Shown here: in pieces, positions 29,126 to 37,788 of the stretch
Position numbering within the stretch: the first letter of the stretch is position 1
Layout of the letters: each line of letters starts with the position of its first letter
Virus record (IMG/VR): IMGVR_UViG_3300033076_000685
Location: 1 to 38,149 of that record
From: a virus
Lineage: Duplodnaviria; Caudoviricetes
Strand: one strand, 5' to 3'
DNA length: 38,149 nt
Made by a program: the position numbers and the translations under genes
Notes under the pieces: generated by a model
The model's input: the letters and a program-made list of their open reading frames with translations, nothing else
Databases searched by the model: none
Told to the model about the DNA's origin: nothing

Positions 29126-29413
29126 ATGCTAACCACCGAGCAAGTAGAGTCAGCGATTAAGCCGATAGATTGGAGTCAATACACTGATCGTTTTATTGTA
29201 GGACATTGCCCTTTTGCAACATTTGAAATATTTGAAACCATTGAAAACATTGAAAACATTGAAAATGGTTTGTCTGAAAAACATTTTCGAGTTACTGCAA
29301 GTTACAAATGCGGTTTACGCACAGAATATTTTGACTCCATCGAAAAGGCAAAAGAATTCGCCGAAAAAGTCAAAAACTATATAATTATGAGGTGCTTCAA
29401 TGTTGAGCAATAA
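29126..29413 (+). CDS. Hypothetical protein
   Basis: GGAG SD; contains a 9-bp tandem repeat. Confidence 0.65.
   Translation: MLTTEQVESAIKPIDWSQYTDRFIVGHCPFATFEIFETIENIENIENGLSEKHFRVTASYKCGLRTEYFDSIEKAKEFAEKVKNYIIMRCFNVEQ
29221..29265 (+). repeat. 9-bp in-frame tandem repeat (5 copies, last 3 perfect CATTGAAAA)
   Basis: ATTTGAAAT ATTTGAAAC CATTGAAAA x3. Confidence 0.85.
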
Positions 29414-29708
29414 GCAAATAGAAATACAACGCATGAGATTCGAGAAGGCCATTCCAATGCCTATCCCCGAATGCTTTGTTTTTGTAAATTACAGGTACAT
29501 ACAAAACCAAAATCTAAGCATTGGCGGGCTCCCACATACACTGAAAGCATACAATTGCTTTTTTGAGGCGTGGATTAAGTGCGTAGAAAGCAACGAGATA
29601 GAGTTGCCAATAGTCACTAATAGTCCCATGGTGACTATTGCAATCAATGAAATTACCAAAGCCATCGAGGCGCAAGGGTTTAGGGTGAAAACATCATGGC
29701 ACAGCTAA
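29400..29708 (+). CDS. Hypothetical protein
   Basis: GAGG SD; overlaps both neighbours. Confidence 0.65.
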   Translation: MLSNKQIEIQRMRFEKAIPMPIPECFVFVNYRYIQNQNLSIGGLPHTLKAYNCFFEAWIKCVESNEIELPIVTNSPMVTIAINEITKAIEAQGFRVKTSWHS

Positions 29709-30370
29709 CCGACCAACAACAAAAATTTACAAGAGGAAACATAACCATAATAAATACCGATTGCATGGAATACATGAGCACGGTGCCGGACAAGTATTTT
29801 GATTTAGCTATTGTCGATCCGCCTTATGGCATGGATAGAAAAATGGATGGTACTGGTGGCGCAGGTAGAATTATGAGGAAATGGCGCCGATCGGAGTGTT
29901 GGGATGTTGCTCCATTGTTACCATATTGGTTGGAACTTTTTCGCGTTAGTAAAAACCAAATAGTTTGGGGTTTTAATAATTTTACTAAATTTCTTCCACC
30001 TACAACTAATTTTATTTTTTGGGATAAGCATCAGCCTGCACCAAACTTTGCGGATGGAGAATTAGCATGGACAAGTTTTAAGGGGGTATGCAAAAAATTG
30101 GATTTACCATGTTTTGGCGCTCACGGGCAGGATATCGGAGGAAAACAACACCCAACTCAAAAACCTGTAAAGCTTTACGACTGGATTTTGACAAATTACG
30201 CCAATTCAGAGCATAAAATTTTAGACACGCACCTAGGCAGTGGCTCAAGCGCAATAGCCGCGCATTATTTCGGTGCCGCTGAATTTGTCGGCTGTGAATT
30301 AGACTCAGATTATTACAACGCATCGGTTAAACGATTCGAATTGCAGACTGCGCAAACCACTTTGTTTTAA
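29696..30370 (+). CDS. DNA amino-methyltransferase (N6-adenine/N4-cytosine, beta class)
   Basis: DPPY precedes HPTQKP and the SAM-binding LDTHLGSGS. Confidence 0.92.
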   Translation: MAQLTDQQQKFTRGNITIINTDCMEYMSTVPDKYFDLAIVDPPYGMDRKMDGTGGAGRIMRKWRRSECWDVAPLLPYWLELFRVSKNQIVWGFNNFTKFLPPTTNFIFWDKHQPAPNFADGELAWTSFKGVCKKLDLPCFGAHGQDIGGKQHPTQKPVKLYDWILTNYANSEHKILDTHLGSGSSAIAAHYFGAAEFVGCELDSDYYNASVKRFELQTAQTTLF

Positions 30371-30379
30371 GGATTTTAA

Positions 30380-32254
30380 ATGACCCTACTACCCACCCGC
30401 ACCCCCGAATGGTTCACCCCCATAACCCCACGCGACGCCCAGTGGGAAATTTACGAAGCCACCTGCGAACACATTAAAAGCGCCAACGGCACTGAGCCTG
30501 CCTACGTGTACGCCTCTGTCGCGGCCGGTAAGACGATCATGATGGCCATGATAGCCAAGCGCGCGCAGCAAGTTGCACGCGACACAGGCCGCCAGCAATT
30601 GCGAATTTTGTGTCTTGCGCGCACTGGCGAACTAGTGGAGCAAAACGCGGAGGAAATGTGGAATATGTCAGTGAATAATTCTATTTTTTCGGCGAGCGTT
30701 GGGCGCAAGTCTACGAGCTACCCGGTTGTAGTTGGCAGTGAGGGGACGGTTGCGCGCGCGCTGGATAAAGAATTCAATCCGAAATGTAACGTATGCAAGG
30801 GTTTTGGCTGCGATAAGTGTCGCGGAACGGGTCGCACGCCTATCGTGTTTGACGTGCTCTTGATCGACGAGTGCCACCAAGTAAACATCGACGACGAATC
30901 CACGCAATACATGGCCATCATCAACGAGATGGTGCGCCGCAATCCAAAGCTGCGAATCATCGGTTACACCGGCTCACCATGGCGCGGCACAGAGCCTATC
31001 AAGGGGAAATTCTGGAAGCACGAACTTTACCGCCTGTCGATGTGGGATATGGTAAAGCTTGGCGACGTGTGTCCGCCTGTTTTTGGGTTCGGTCATGATG
31101 ATGTGCAATATGATCTTTCATCGATCACCCCGAGCGGTGAGGATGGCACCGACGACTTTAGCGCGGACGAATTAAAGCAACAACAAAAAATCATTTTAGA
31201 GTCTGGCACCACGACTCAAAAGATCATGCTCGAAGTCATGGAGCTAACGAAAAGCCGCAATTGTGTGCTGATCACCTGCGCAGGCTCGAAACACATAAAA
31301 GAGTGCGCCGCCGTATTGCCCGAAGGCACCTACGCAACCATCACCGAGAAAACCACCTACAAGGATCGCAAGGCCATCAAAGAGGGCTGCAATAACGGCA
31401 CAATAAAATACGTGCTACAGATAGGGTGCTGGACGGTCGGCGTAAACATACCGCCAATTGACACAATCGTTATACTGCGCCGAATTGGCTCCCTGACGCT
31501 GTTGACGCAGTTGGTAGGTCGCGGCATTCGGAAACTAAAACAAGAGCACCGCGACGCGGGCATGCGCAAAGATGATTGTCTGTGCTTGGATTATGCTGGT
31601 ACATTCGAAAGCTTGAGTGAATTTTTTGATGACGAACTTATCGAGGCCGCCCAATTCGAAAAATCAAAACGAAAGCAAGAATTTATTTACTGCCCCCGAT
31701 GCAATACTGAAAATAGTTCTTTCGCTCGTCGATGCCGAAACCGCGAGCACGGCACGCTTGAAAAAGATGGTCGGTGCGGGTTTTTCTGGTCGTCAAAGGT
31801 GTGCTTAAAGTGCGGCACGGAGAACGACAAAGTGGCGCGCTCTTGTCGCGAGTGCGATCACATTTTGGTTGATCCTAATGCAAAGTTAACGGGAAAGCAT
31901 TACACCGAAACCGATAAAAAACCAGTGCTCAAATTTGAGATGTTTTTAACGCAGTGCGGCAATGGGATTGTGGTGCAATATCACTTGCCAGATGATGAAC
32001 TGGCGAAAGAAGTATTTTGGCCTAAGAGTGAAAACATAAACGCTAAGCGCATGTGGTATGCGTGGCTAAAACAGCACCTTCACCAGTCGTGGCATAGTAA
32101 AATTCTGTATAGGTCAGCAGCCACGGTTATTTCTCAGAAAGCTATTTTTGATATTCCCACGCATATCACGCACCGCATTAACGAAAAGGGCTTGTCTGTT
32201 ATTCGGCACAAATCGTTTTTAAGTGGGCGCATAGAGCAAAGTGATATAAAATAA
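30380..32254 (+). CDS. SF2 DExH helicase with C-terminal zinc ribbons (RadD/YejH-like)
   Basis: AAGKT, LIDECH, YTGSP, QLVGRGIR, and multiple CxxC pairs. Confidence 0.92.
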   Translation: MTLLPTRTPEWFTPITPRDAQWEIYEATCEHIKSANGTEPAYVYASVAAGKTIMMAMIAKRAQQVARDTGRQQLRILCLARTGELVEQNAEEMWNMSVNNSIFSASVGRKSTSYPVVVGSEGTVARALDKEFNPKCNVCKGFGCDKCRGTGRTPIVFDVLLIDECHQVNIDDESTQYMAIINEMVRRNPKLRIIGYTGSPWRGTEPIKGKFWKHELYRLSMWDMVKLGDVCPPVFGFGHDDVQYDLSSITPSGEDGTDDFSADELKQQQKIILESGTTTQKIMLEVMELTKSRNCVLITCAGSKHIKECAAVLPEGTYATITEKTTYKDRKAIKEGCNNGTIKYVLQIGCWTVGVNIPPIDTIVILRRIGSLTLLTQLVGRGIRKLKQEHRDAGMRKDDCLCLDYAGTFESLSEFFDDELIEAAQFEKSKRKQEFIYCPRCNTENSSFARRCRNREHGTLEKDGRCGFFWSSKVCLKCGTENDKVARSCRECDHILVDPNAKLTGKHYTETDKKPVLKFEMFLTQCGNGIVVQYHLPDDELAKEVFWPKSENINAKRMWYAWLKQHLHQSWHSKILYRSAATVISQKAIFDIPTHITHRINEKGLSVIRHKSFLSGRIEQSDIK

Positions 32255-32266
32255 TTTACATAATGT

Positions 32267-32306
32267 TAAAATAAAGCTTGCGCTAATGTGGTTGTGGCAT
32301 TAGTAT
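32267..32306 (+). promoter_or_regulatory. Sigma70-type promoter
   Basis: TAAAATAAAGC-TTGCGC-17 nt-TAGTAT, a variant of the 25122 and 36654 promoters. Confidence 0.5.
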
Positions 32307-32360
32307 TTAACACATAGCCGAGCAATAACGCGAAGGCAGAAAACTAAGAGGAAATGCAAA

Positions 32361-32678
32361 ATGAAATCACAAAAAGAACGTATTTTATCGGCAGCAAAAC
32401 AAGTCACTGTAATTGCCGGTGTTGAGTATGCTGGCGGCGGAGTTGACAAATTTGGTAAAGGCATACCGCTTATTCGTATCAATGCAAAAGATCGTGTCGT
32501 TAAAAAGCCAAAGCACGAACCGAAAAAAACAGTTGGAGGATTGGCAATTTTTAATCAAGTAGCGCATATGATTTTAAATAAAGGTATAAAGGAGGTTAAA
32601 ACAGGGTCTAACCTTGAAAGAAAATTGCGCCATTGCCTACCTCGCGGCACAAACTTTTATAACATTGGTGCTCAGTAA
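32361..32678 (+). CDS. Hypothetical basic protein
   Basis: GAGGA SD; first gene after the promoter. Confidence 0.7.
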   Translation: MKSQKERILSAAKQVTVIAGVEYAGGGVDKFGKGIPLIRINAKDRVVKKPKHEPKKTVGGLAIFNQVAHMILNKGIKEVKTGSNLERKLRHCLPRGTNFYNIGAQ

Positions 32679-32917
32679 TGCGCACCATCTACAAAGTAAT
32701 CCCCAGCGAATCCGGCAAAGTAATCGTACAAAGCAATGACGGAAAACTCTACTCGCTTGAATCAGAAAACGGCGGGTTTTGGTGGGAGGAGTTGCCGCCG
32801 TTGCCGCAGGATAATATGGGTGTGGATTTTAGTGTGCCAAATAAAGATGTAACGCCGCCACGGGTTACACTTGATGATGAGTGGCCAGGTATTTTTGTTA
32901 ATGGTAATAAATTGTAA
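32678..32917 (+). CDS. Hypothetical protein
   Basis: TAATG coupling; WEELPPLPQ motif. Confidence 0.65.
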   Translation: MRTIYKVIPSESGKVIVQSNDGKLYSLESENGGFWWEELPPLPQDNMGVDFSVPNKDVTPPRVTLDDEWPGIFVNGNKL

Positions 32918-33038
32918 TTCGCCGAAAGGCAAAAAGAGCAGAGCCAAACGTTGATGGCAGAAATGAGCTTAGGCAAGCAATAGTTCGAAAAGCAACGTGA
33001 CAGCCGGAGAGACGGCACCGACCCTTCGCAAGAGGGGG

Positions 33039-33184
33039 CAACCAAAATGCCAATCCTCGCGGGTGAAAGAACCTTAGCTTGGAGTACTGTAGAGATATTG
33101 TGTGCGCGCTAAATACTCGTCGGGCTTGACTACCATAGAAGCAGGATTACGAGCCTTTCTATGGTGCGATTGGCATTTTGGTTG
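33039..33184 (+). ncRNA. Candidate structured RNA closed by a 17-bp stem
   Basis: CAACCAAAATGCCAATC/GATTGGCATTTTGGTTG perfect inverted repeat enclosing further stems; intergenic. Strand inferred from flanking genes and terminator. Confidence 0.5.
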
Positions 33185-33215
33185 AATTTTCACTTGCGTT
33201 ACCTCTGGCACCTTC

Positions 33216-33241
33216 GCCCCAGTTCGCTGGGGCTTTTTTTT
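33216..33241 (+). terminator. Rho-independent terminator
   Basis: GCCCCAG-TTCG-CTGGGGC followed by T8. Confidence 0.88.
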
Positions 33242-33295
33242 AAATAAGCGCAACTATAGCGCGACAATTATCCACTTAATGAAAAGGTATTTTTT

Positions 33296-33601
33296 ATGGC
33301 AACTATTACGCAAAAAGTTAATATTTATTTTCGGCCATCATCAGCAGCAATAGGCTCTGCATTTCCTTATGATATTGTTCATGACGGAATAAATATGGAT
33401 GGCTATGAAAATGACTGGATTATTGTAGATGAAACAACAATTCAATTCGAAAACAACATCGACACCCGCGCCGCACAAATCGATTTAATCGACAAAGCAA
33501 TCGCAAAACTCGACGCCGATCACTACGCCAAAAAAACGCAATTGGAAACGCGCCGTAATGAATTGTTGGCGATTGGGTGTGATTCTACCGAACAAAATTA
33601 A
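33296..33601 (+). CDS. Hypothetical phage protein
   Basis: AAGG SD; C-terminal coiled coil. Confidence 0.7.
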   Translation: MATITQKVNIYFRPSSAAIGSAFPYDIVHDGINMDGYENDWIIVDETTIQFENNIDTRAAQIDLIDKAIAKLDADHYAKKTQLETRRNELLAIGCDSTEQN

Positions 33602-33648
33602 AATAGACCTTTAACCAAACCACAAACTTAAATCGTAAGGAGATTCAC

Positions 33649-34065
33649 ATGTTTTTAATTATTGATACCAATGGTGCAAACAAAATAGCAATCAACATTC
33701 CTTTGTCTGGCGCAGATAAATCGCTACCGGCAATTGCGGCGATGTTTGAAAAAAATGCTGTTTTTATTTCATCAAGCTACCACGATCAAAAAACCGTAAC
33801 GCCTAAAATGGAAATAAAGTTAGGTAACATTTTTGAGTGCACAAACAGTAACGAGGATATTATTGCAATCCCGTCAGATGTTGAGCACGTAATTTCTGAC
33901 GATTTCCAAATCGTGTCGAATGACGTTTACGTTTCTAACGCTAAAAAAATTAAATCTCTTAATGATCAAATTTCAAAATACAGCACCGAAAATACATTTT
34001 TGAAAAATGAAATTGAGCGGCTGAAAGATGCAGTGAATTCTGCAAATTCGGTTGATGGTGAATAA
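33649..34065 (+). CDS. Hypothetical protein
   Basis: TAAGGAG SD; C-terminal coiled coil. Confidence 0.7.
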   Translation: MFLIIDTNGANKIAINIPLSGADKSLPAIAAMFEKNAVFISSSYHDQKTVTPKMEIKLGNIFECTNSNEDIIAIPSDVEHVISDDFQIVSNDVYVSNAKKIKSLNDQISKYSTENTFLKNEIERLKDAVNSANSVDGE

Positions 34066-34067
34066 CC

Positions 34068-35036
34068 ATGACCATCAAGCTCTACACCAGCACCGAACTA
34101 TCAAACGAACGCTACCACTCCGACGAATTCCAACAGGCAAGTGGCAGTCAGTTATTCGCCATCCACGAACGCTGCCCCAAGGCGTGGAAATTTGCCGAAC
34201 GCAAAGAATCTGCCGCGATGGCATTCGGCACCATGTCGCACGTCATGATGTTGGAAAATAGCGAATTTGAAAAACGCTATGCGCGCGGATTGGATATTAA
34301 TGATTATCCCGATGACCTAGATACCAATTACTCTATGCAGGATTGGCTAAGAGTTCGCGGCATTAAGTGTAGCGGACTGACTAAAGCGGGTCTTGTGGAG
34401 GCGATCAAAAAAACCGGCGAAGACGTGGGCATATGGAGTGAGCGCGTAAAAGCCCACGCCGAAATGTTTGCCGATAAAATCATTGTGCCGCCTAGCGATT
34501 TCGACACTGTTTATAAAATGCGTGAAGCGTTATTTGAGCATGATTTGGCGAATGAAATGTATTTTTTTGGCGGCACTGAGAATGAAATTAGCCTTATTGG
34601 CGATGAATTTAAGTGTCGTATAGATTGCATAAGCAGGGATGCAAAAATGCGTTTTATTGTCGACTACAAAACCACGCGCAGCGTGTCGCCTGAGTTTTTC
34701 GGTGCAGAAGCATTGAAGCGCGGATACTGGCTGAAAATGGCATTTCAGGCTGATTTGTTTGAAGCTTTTTACAACGTTAAGCCGACCGTAATCCTCTACG
34801 CCCAAGAAAAAACCCCGCCCTATTTGTGCAAGCCGTACCGCCTAACCGAAGAGCAGCTTGAAGTTGGCCGCGCGCAATATCAAACCGCGTACAAGCTGCT
34901 AAAAGAATGCGAAGCGTCTGGCAACTGGCTTGACTATGGCGGGATTGATGATTTGCCTACACCGGCTTGGGCTGAGCGGGAGTTTGGGTTTAGTGAGTTT
35001 GAAGTGATTGATGAGGATGGAGAAAATGATGAGTAA
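34068..35036 (+). CDS. RecE/exonuclease VIII-like PD-(D/E)XK nuclease (DUF3799-like)
   Basis: SNERYH, FGTMSH, KCRID, IVDYKTT, QEKTPPY. Confidence 0.85.
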   Translation: MTIKLYTSTELSNERYHSDEFQQASGSQLFAIHERCPKAWKFAERKESAAMAFGTMSHVMMLENSEFEKRYARGLDINDYPDDLDTNYSMQDWLRVRGIKCSGLTKAGLVEAIKKTGEDVGIWSERVKAHAEMFADKIIVPPSDFDTVYKMREALFEHDLANEMYFFGGTENEISLIGDEFKCRIDCISRDAKMRFIVDYKTTRSVSPEFFGAEALKRGYWLKMAFQADLFEAFYNVKPTVILYAQEKTPPYLCKPYRLTEEQLEVGRAQYQTAYKLLKECEASGNWLDYGGIDDLPTPAWAEREFGFSEFEVIDEDGENDE

Positions 35037-35703
35037 AGTAGAATTATTCCGCGCAGCAATACAAGCAAAAAGCGACCAGATGAATGCCGACGACTTGATT
35101 GCAGCGCCCAAAACTATCCGCATAACTTCAGCCAGCATAAAGCTTGGCGACCAGCCAATTACACTGAGCTATGACGGAGATAACGGCAAACCCTATAAGC
35201 CATGCAAAAACATGGCGCGCGTGATTGGTGCGTGCCTTGGCGAAGATCCAGACTTATGGGCGGGCGAATTGCTAACACTTTACTGCGAAGAGGAGGTTTA
35301 CTACGGCAAGGACAAAACCGGCGGCATTCGCATCAGCCACGCATCAAAAATAACAACACAGAAAAAATTCATGCTGAAAGAACGCGGCAAGAAAAAAGAA
35401 TTTATTGTTAATCCTATGGCAGCCAGCAAATCGCAAAAACCTGTAGTTGCACCTACGCAACCGGAGCCGATAGACCAAAAACAAGCCATGCGAACTGCCG
35501 CGCAAGCACTAAAGAATGCCGCAAAAAACGGCACAACAGCACTCGAAATGGAAATAGAATTAATACCAAAAGCGCTGCGCGATCAGATGACCGATTGGAT
35601 TTCTCAACAGCGCGAAGCTGCACGGATTGTTGATAAGCAAAACGCACCGTTTGAGGATATACCGCCGCCGGATGATGCACCGGCAGACATTACAAACCTT
35701 TAA
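35029..35703 (+). CDS. Conserved phage protein, possible ssDNA annealing/binding partner of the exonuclease
   Basis: AKSDQMNADDL, KPYKPCKNMARV; acidic/Pro C-terminal tail; overlaps the exonuclease gene. Start moved to ATG 35029. Confidence 0.55.
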   Translation: MSKVELFRAAIQAKSDQMNADDLIAAPKTIRITSASIKLGDQPITLSYDGDNGKPYKPCKNMARVIGACLGEDPDLWAGELLTLYCEEEVYYGKDKTGGIRISHASKITTQKKFMLKERGKKKEFIVNPMAASKSQKPVVAPTQPEPIDQKQAMRTAAQALKNAAKNGTTALEMEIELIPKALRDQMTDWISQQREAARIVDKQNAPFEDIPPPDDAPADITNL

Positions 35704-35754
35704 GCCCTCCGGCACTTTGACCGCATGGATGCGTTTTTTTAATTGGAGAAAATT

Positions 35755-35985
35755 ATGGCAACACCACCAACTAATCGTTTACCTAAAGTAAACACCAAAA
35801 CAGAAATGCCGCCAGTGAAGCCGCCAAAACAATCATTTGTACCGCCACTAATAACCGAAAGCGATCAATATTTTATCGTCAATGAAACCGAGCCTTACGA
35901 GTTTAAAATAAAGCTAAGCCGAGATTCTGCGCGGTGTGCGGCGCAGGCGCTAAACGCATTATATAACCTAGGCATGAAAGACTAA
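35755..35985 (+). CDS. Hypothetical protein
   Basis: GGAG SD before ATG 35755; Pro-rich N-terminus. Confidence 0.6.
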   Translation: MATPPTNRLPKVNTKTEMPPVKPPKQSFVPPLITESDQYFIVNETEPYEFKIKLSRDSARCAAQALNALYNLGMKD

Positions 35986-36410
35986 TGCACCTCCCCAAAT
36001 CCATAAAAATCTACGGCGATATAAGTTACCGCGATAAAGATTGCAGAAGCGAACCCATGGAACAAAAAGAGTTTTTTGGATTTCTTAAAGAGCATAGGCC
36101 GCATTTGTTCGCCGTAGCCATACACCCAAAAAACGAGGGTTTGCGCGATTACCGGCAGGCCGCTTCAGAGGCCGTTTTGGGAGCTTTAAATACTGGGGCT
36201 AGCGATATCATTATCCCGTCGCGAATCACGTTTGTGTGCGAGATGAAGCGGATGGATCACACAAAATCGTCGATAACCAAGCCGCAAATTAAGTATTTAG
36301 AGGCGGCACAATCACTAGGCGCCTTTTGCTGCATAGCCCTTGGCAGTGCAGCCGCATGGGAGGCTCTTATGGATTGGGAGAAATTATTAACCAAATCAAC
36401 GCAGGAATAA
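35985..36410 (+). CDS. VRR-NUC family nuclease
   Basis: E..EQ, HPKNEG, GASDIII, CEMKR, Q.KYL motifs. Confidence 0.85.
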   Translation: MHLPKSIKIYGDISYRDKDCRSEPMEQKEFFGFLKEHRPHLFAVAIHPKNEGLRDYRQAASEAVLGALNTGASDIIIPSRITFVCEMKRMDHTKSSITKPQIKYLEAAQSLGAFCCIALGSAAAWEALMDWEKLLTKSTQE

Positions 36411-36412
36411 TT

Positions 36413-36586
36413 ATGGCTTATACAAACATTGTTTTTTCGCACTTTGAGGTTGTCTACTGTAACAAGCAAAAGCGTTATATTGATTTACATGGCAAGCCTT
36501 TTAATTGCAAGTTTGAGGCTGAGGGATGGGGCTTGGGGTTAATAAAAAGCTTTTGGAAATGGGCGCACCTTCGATTTGTAGGTTAA
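36413..36586 (+). CDS. Hypothetical protein, 57 aa
   Basis: AGGA SD before ATG 36413, two nt after the VRR-NUC stop. Confidence 0.5.
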   Translation: MAYTNIVFSHFEVVYCNKQKRYIDLHGKPFNCKFEAEGWGLGLIKSFWKWAHLRFVG

Positions 36587-36653
36587 AGATGGCTCGCGGG
36601 AAAGTGGCAAAACAATCTGGAAATGATAACTGCGCCACTATTTAAAATAATTC

Positions 36654-36693
36654 TAAAATAATACTTGCACTATTTTATGAGTGGGGTTATAGT
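36654..36693 (+). promoter_or_regulatory. Sigma70-type early promoter
   Basis: TAAAATAATAC-TTGCAC-17 nt-TATAGT. Confidence 0.7.
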
Positions 36694-36741
36694 TATTTCA
36701 AGAGCTGAGCAATAGGGCGAGGCGAAACGGAGATAGCGAAA

Positions 36742-37014
36742 ATGATGAATCATAAAGATAGCGGCAAAGTGATCAGCGTTACAATAAAAATTGCCCGTCC
36801 ATGCGGAAAAATTGAAGAGGTCACGCTAACAGATAATCGCCGCTTTATGAGCGAAAAAGAATTTAACATCATGCGTGATGCAACTTTCGCAGCGGGAAAA
36901 GGCACATTAATGAGTTTCAAACTTAATCGTGAGCAAGTTGTTATGCCAAAAAATGGCTCATGGAATGATGTCGTAAACGAGGGTGGCGAAGGCTACCAAT
37001 CTGCAAACTGGTAA
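36742..37014 (+). CDS. Hypothetical protein
   Basis: GGAG SD; ends NEGGEGY. Confidence 0.7.
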   Translation: MMNHKDSGKVISVTIKIARPCGKIEEVTLTDNRRFMSEKEFNIMRDATFAAGKGTLMSFKLNREQVVMPKNGSWNDVVNEGGEGYQSANW

Positions 37015-37067
37015 GTTAAATAGCCAATCACCACGCCCCGCAAGGGGCTAAACCGGAGAACGCAAAA

Positions 37068-37757
37068 ATGTTACTAACCCCCGAACTAATCCAACAATTC
37101 AACCGCCTAACCGTTGGCGGAAAAATTCCAAACTTTTGCGAGCTACCAGAAATCGACCAAGGCATTTTGGTTGAATTGGCGCTGGCTTACGACGACGAAA
37201 CCAGCCAGCAATTAATGTTGGATGCGCTTATCCGCAGCGACCTGTTGCAATCGTTAATTTCCTCGAAATGCCTCGATGTTGCCAGTAAGTACCAGATGAT
37301 CGAGCAGGCTGTTAACGACGCACTTAAGGTTTTATTGCAAGTTAAAATCGATGAATGGAACGCAATCACACCCGCTAAAGTGTTGCCGCTGCCAGAGGTG
37401 CGCATGTTGCGGTGTGTTAATTATGAGACGCCTAGTGGGCAGAGTGAGACGATTATTGGGCGCGTAACTGCAAGCGAAAAAAACGAGTTAACGCAAGCAG
37501 ATGTGTATGGACGGTTTACCGTTATTGGTGAAAATGGGGTTGAGGTGCATTATGAAACTGATCTGCACAGTAACGGCAACCTTATTGAGCCTGTAAAATC
37601 CGGAATTTCAGCGCGCGGCGATTGCAGCACAGGCGAGGTCATTATCACCGGAATGTTTTGCGACCGCGACCCCTACGACCTCCGCGAAACCTTCGAGCCC
37701 GAACCAAAACCGTTCGACGCTATGAGTGACGCCGGACATAAGCCAAGTGATTTTTAA
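37068..37757 (+). CDS. Hypothetical protein
   Basis: 229 aa ORF with GGAG SD. Confidence 0.7.
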   Translation: MLLTPELIQQFNRLTVGGKIPNFCELPEIDQGILVELALAYDDETSQQLMLDALIRSDLLQSLISSKCLDVASKYQMIEQAVNDALKVLLQVKIDEWNAITPAKVLPLPEVRMLRCVNYETPSGQSETIIGRVTASEKNELTQADVYGRFTVIGENGVEVHYETDLHSNGNLIEPVKSGISARGDCSTGEVIITGMFCDRDPYDLRETFEPEPKPFDAMSDAGHKPSDF

Positions 37758-37788
37758 TAACCGCTCTTGAAATTGATAGGCAAAGATC

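Noticed and set aside
33039-33184. Retron msr-msd interpretation of the inverted-repeat-bounded structure
   Set aside because: No reverse transcriptase in the window and no evidence beyond the flanking repeats.
33268-33276. DnaA-box-like TTATCCACT
   Set aside because: Single mismatched copy without iterons; plausible by chance.
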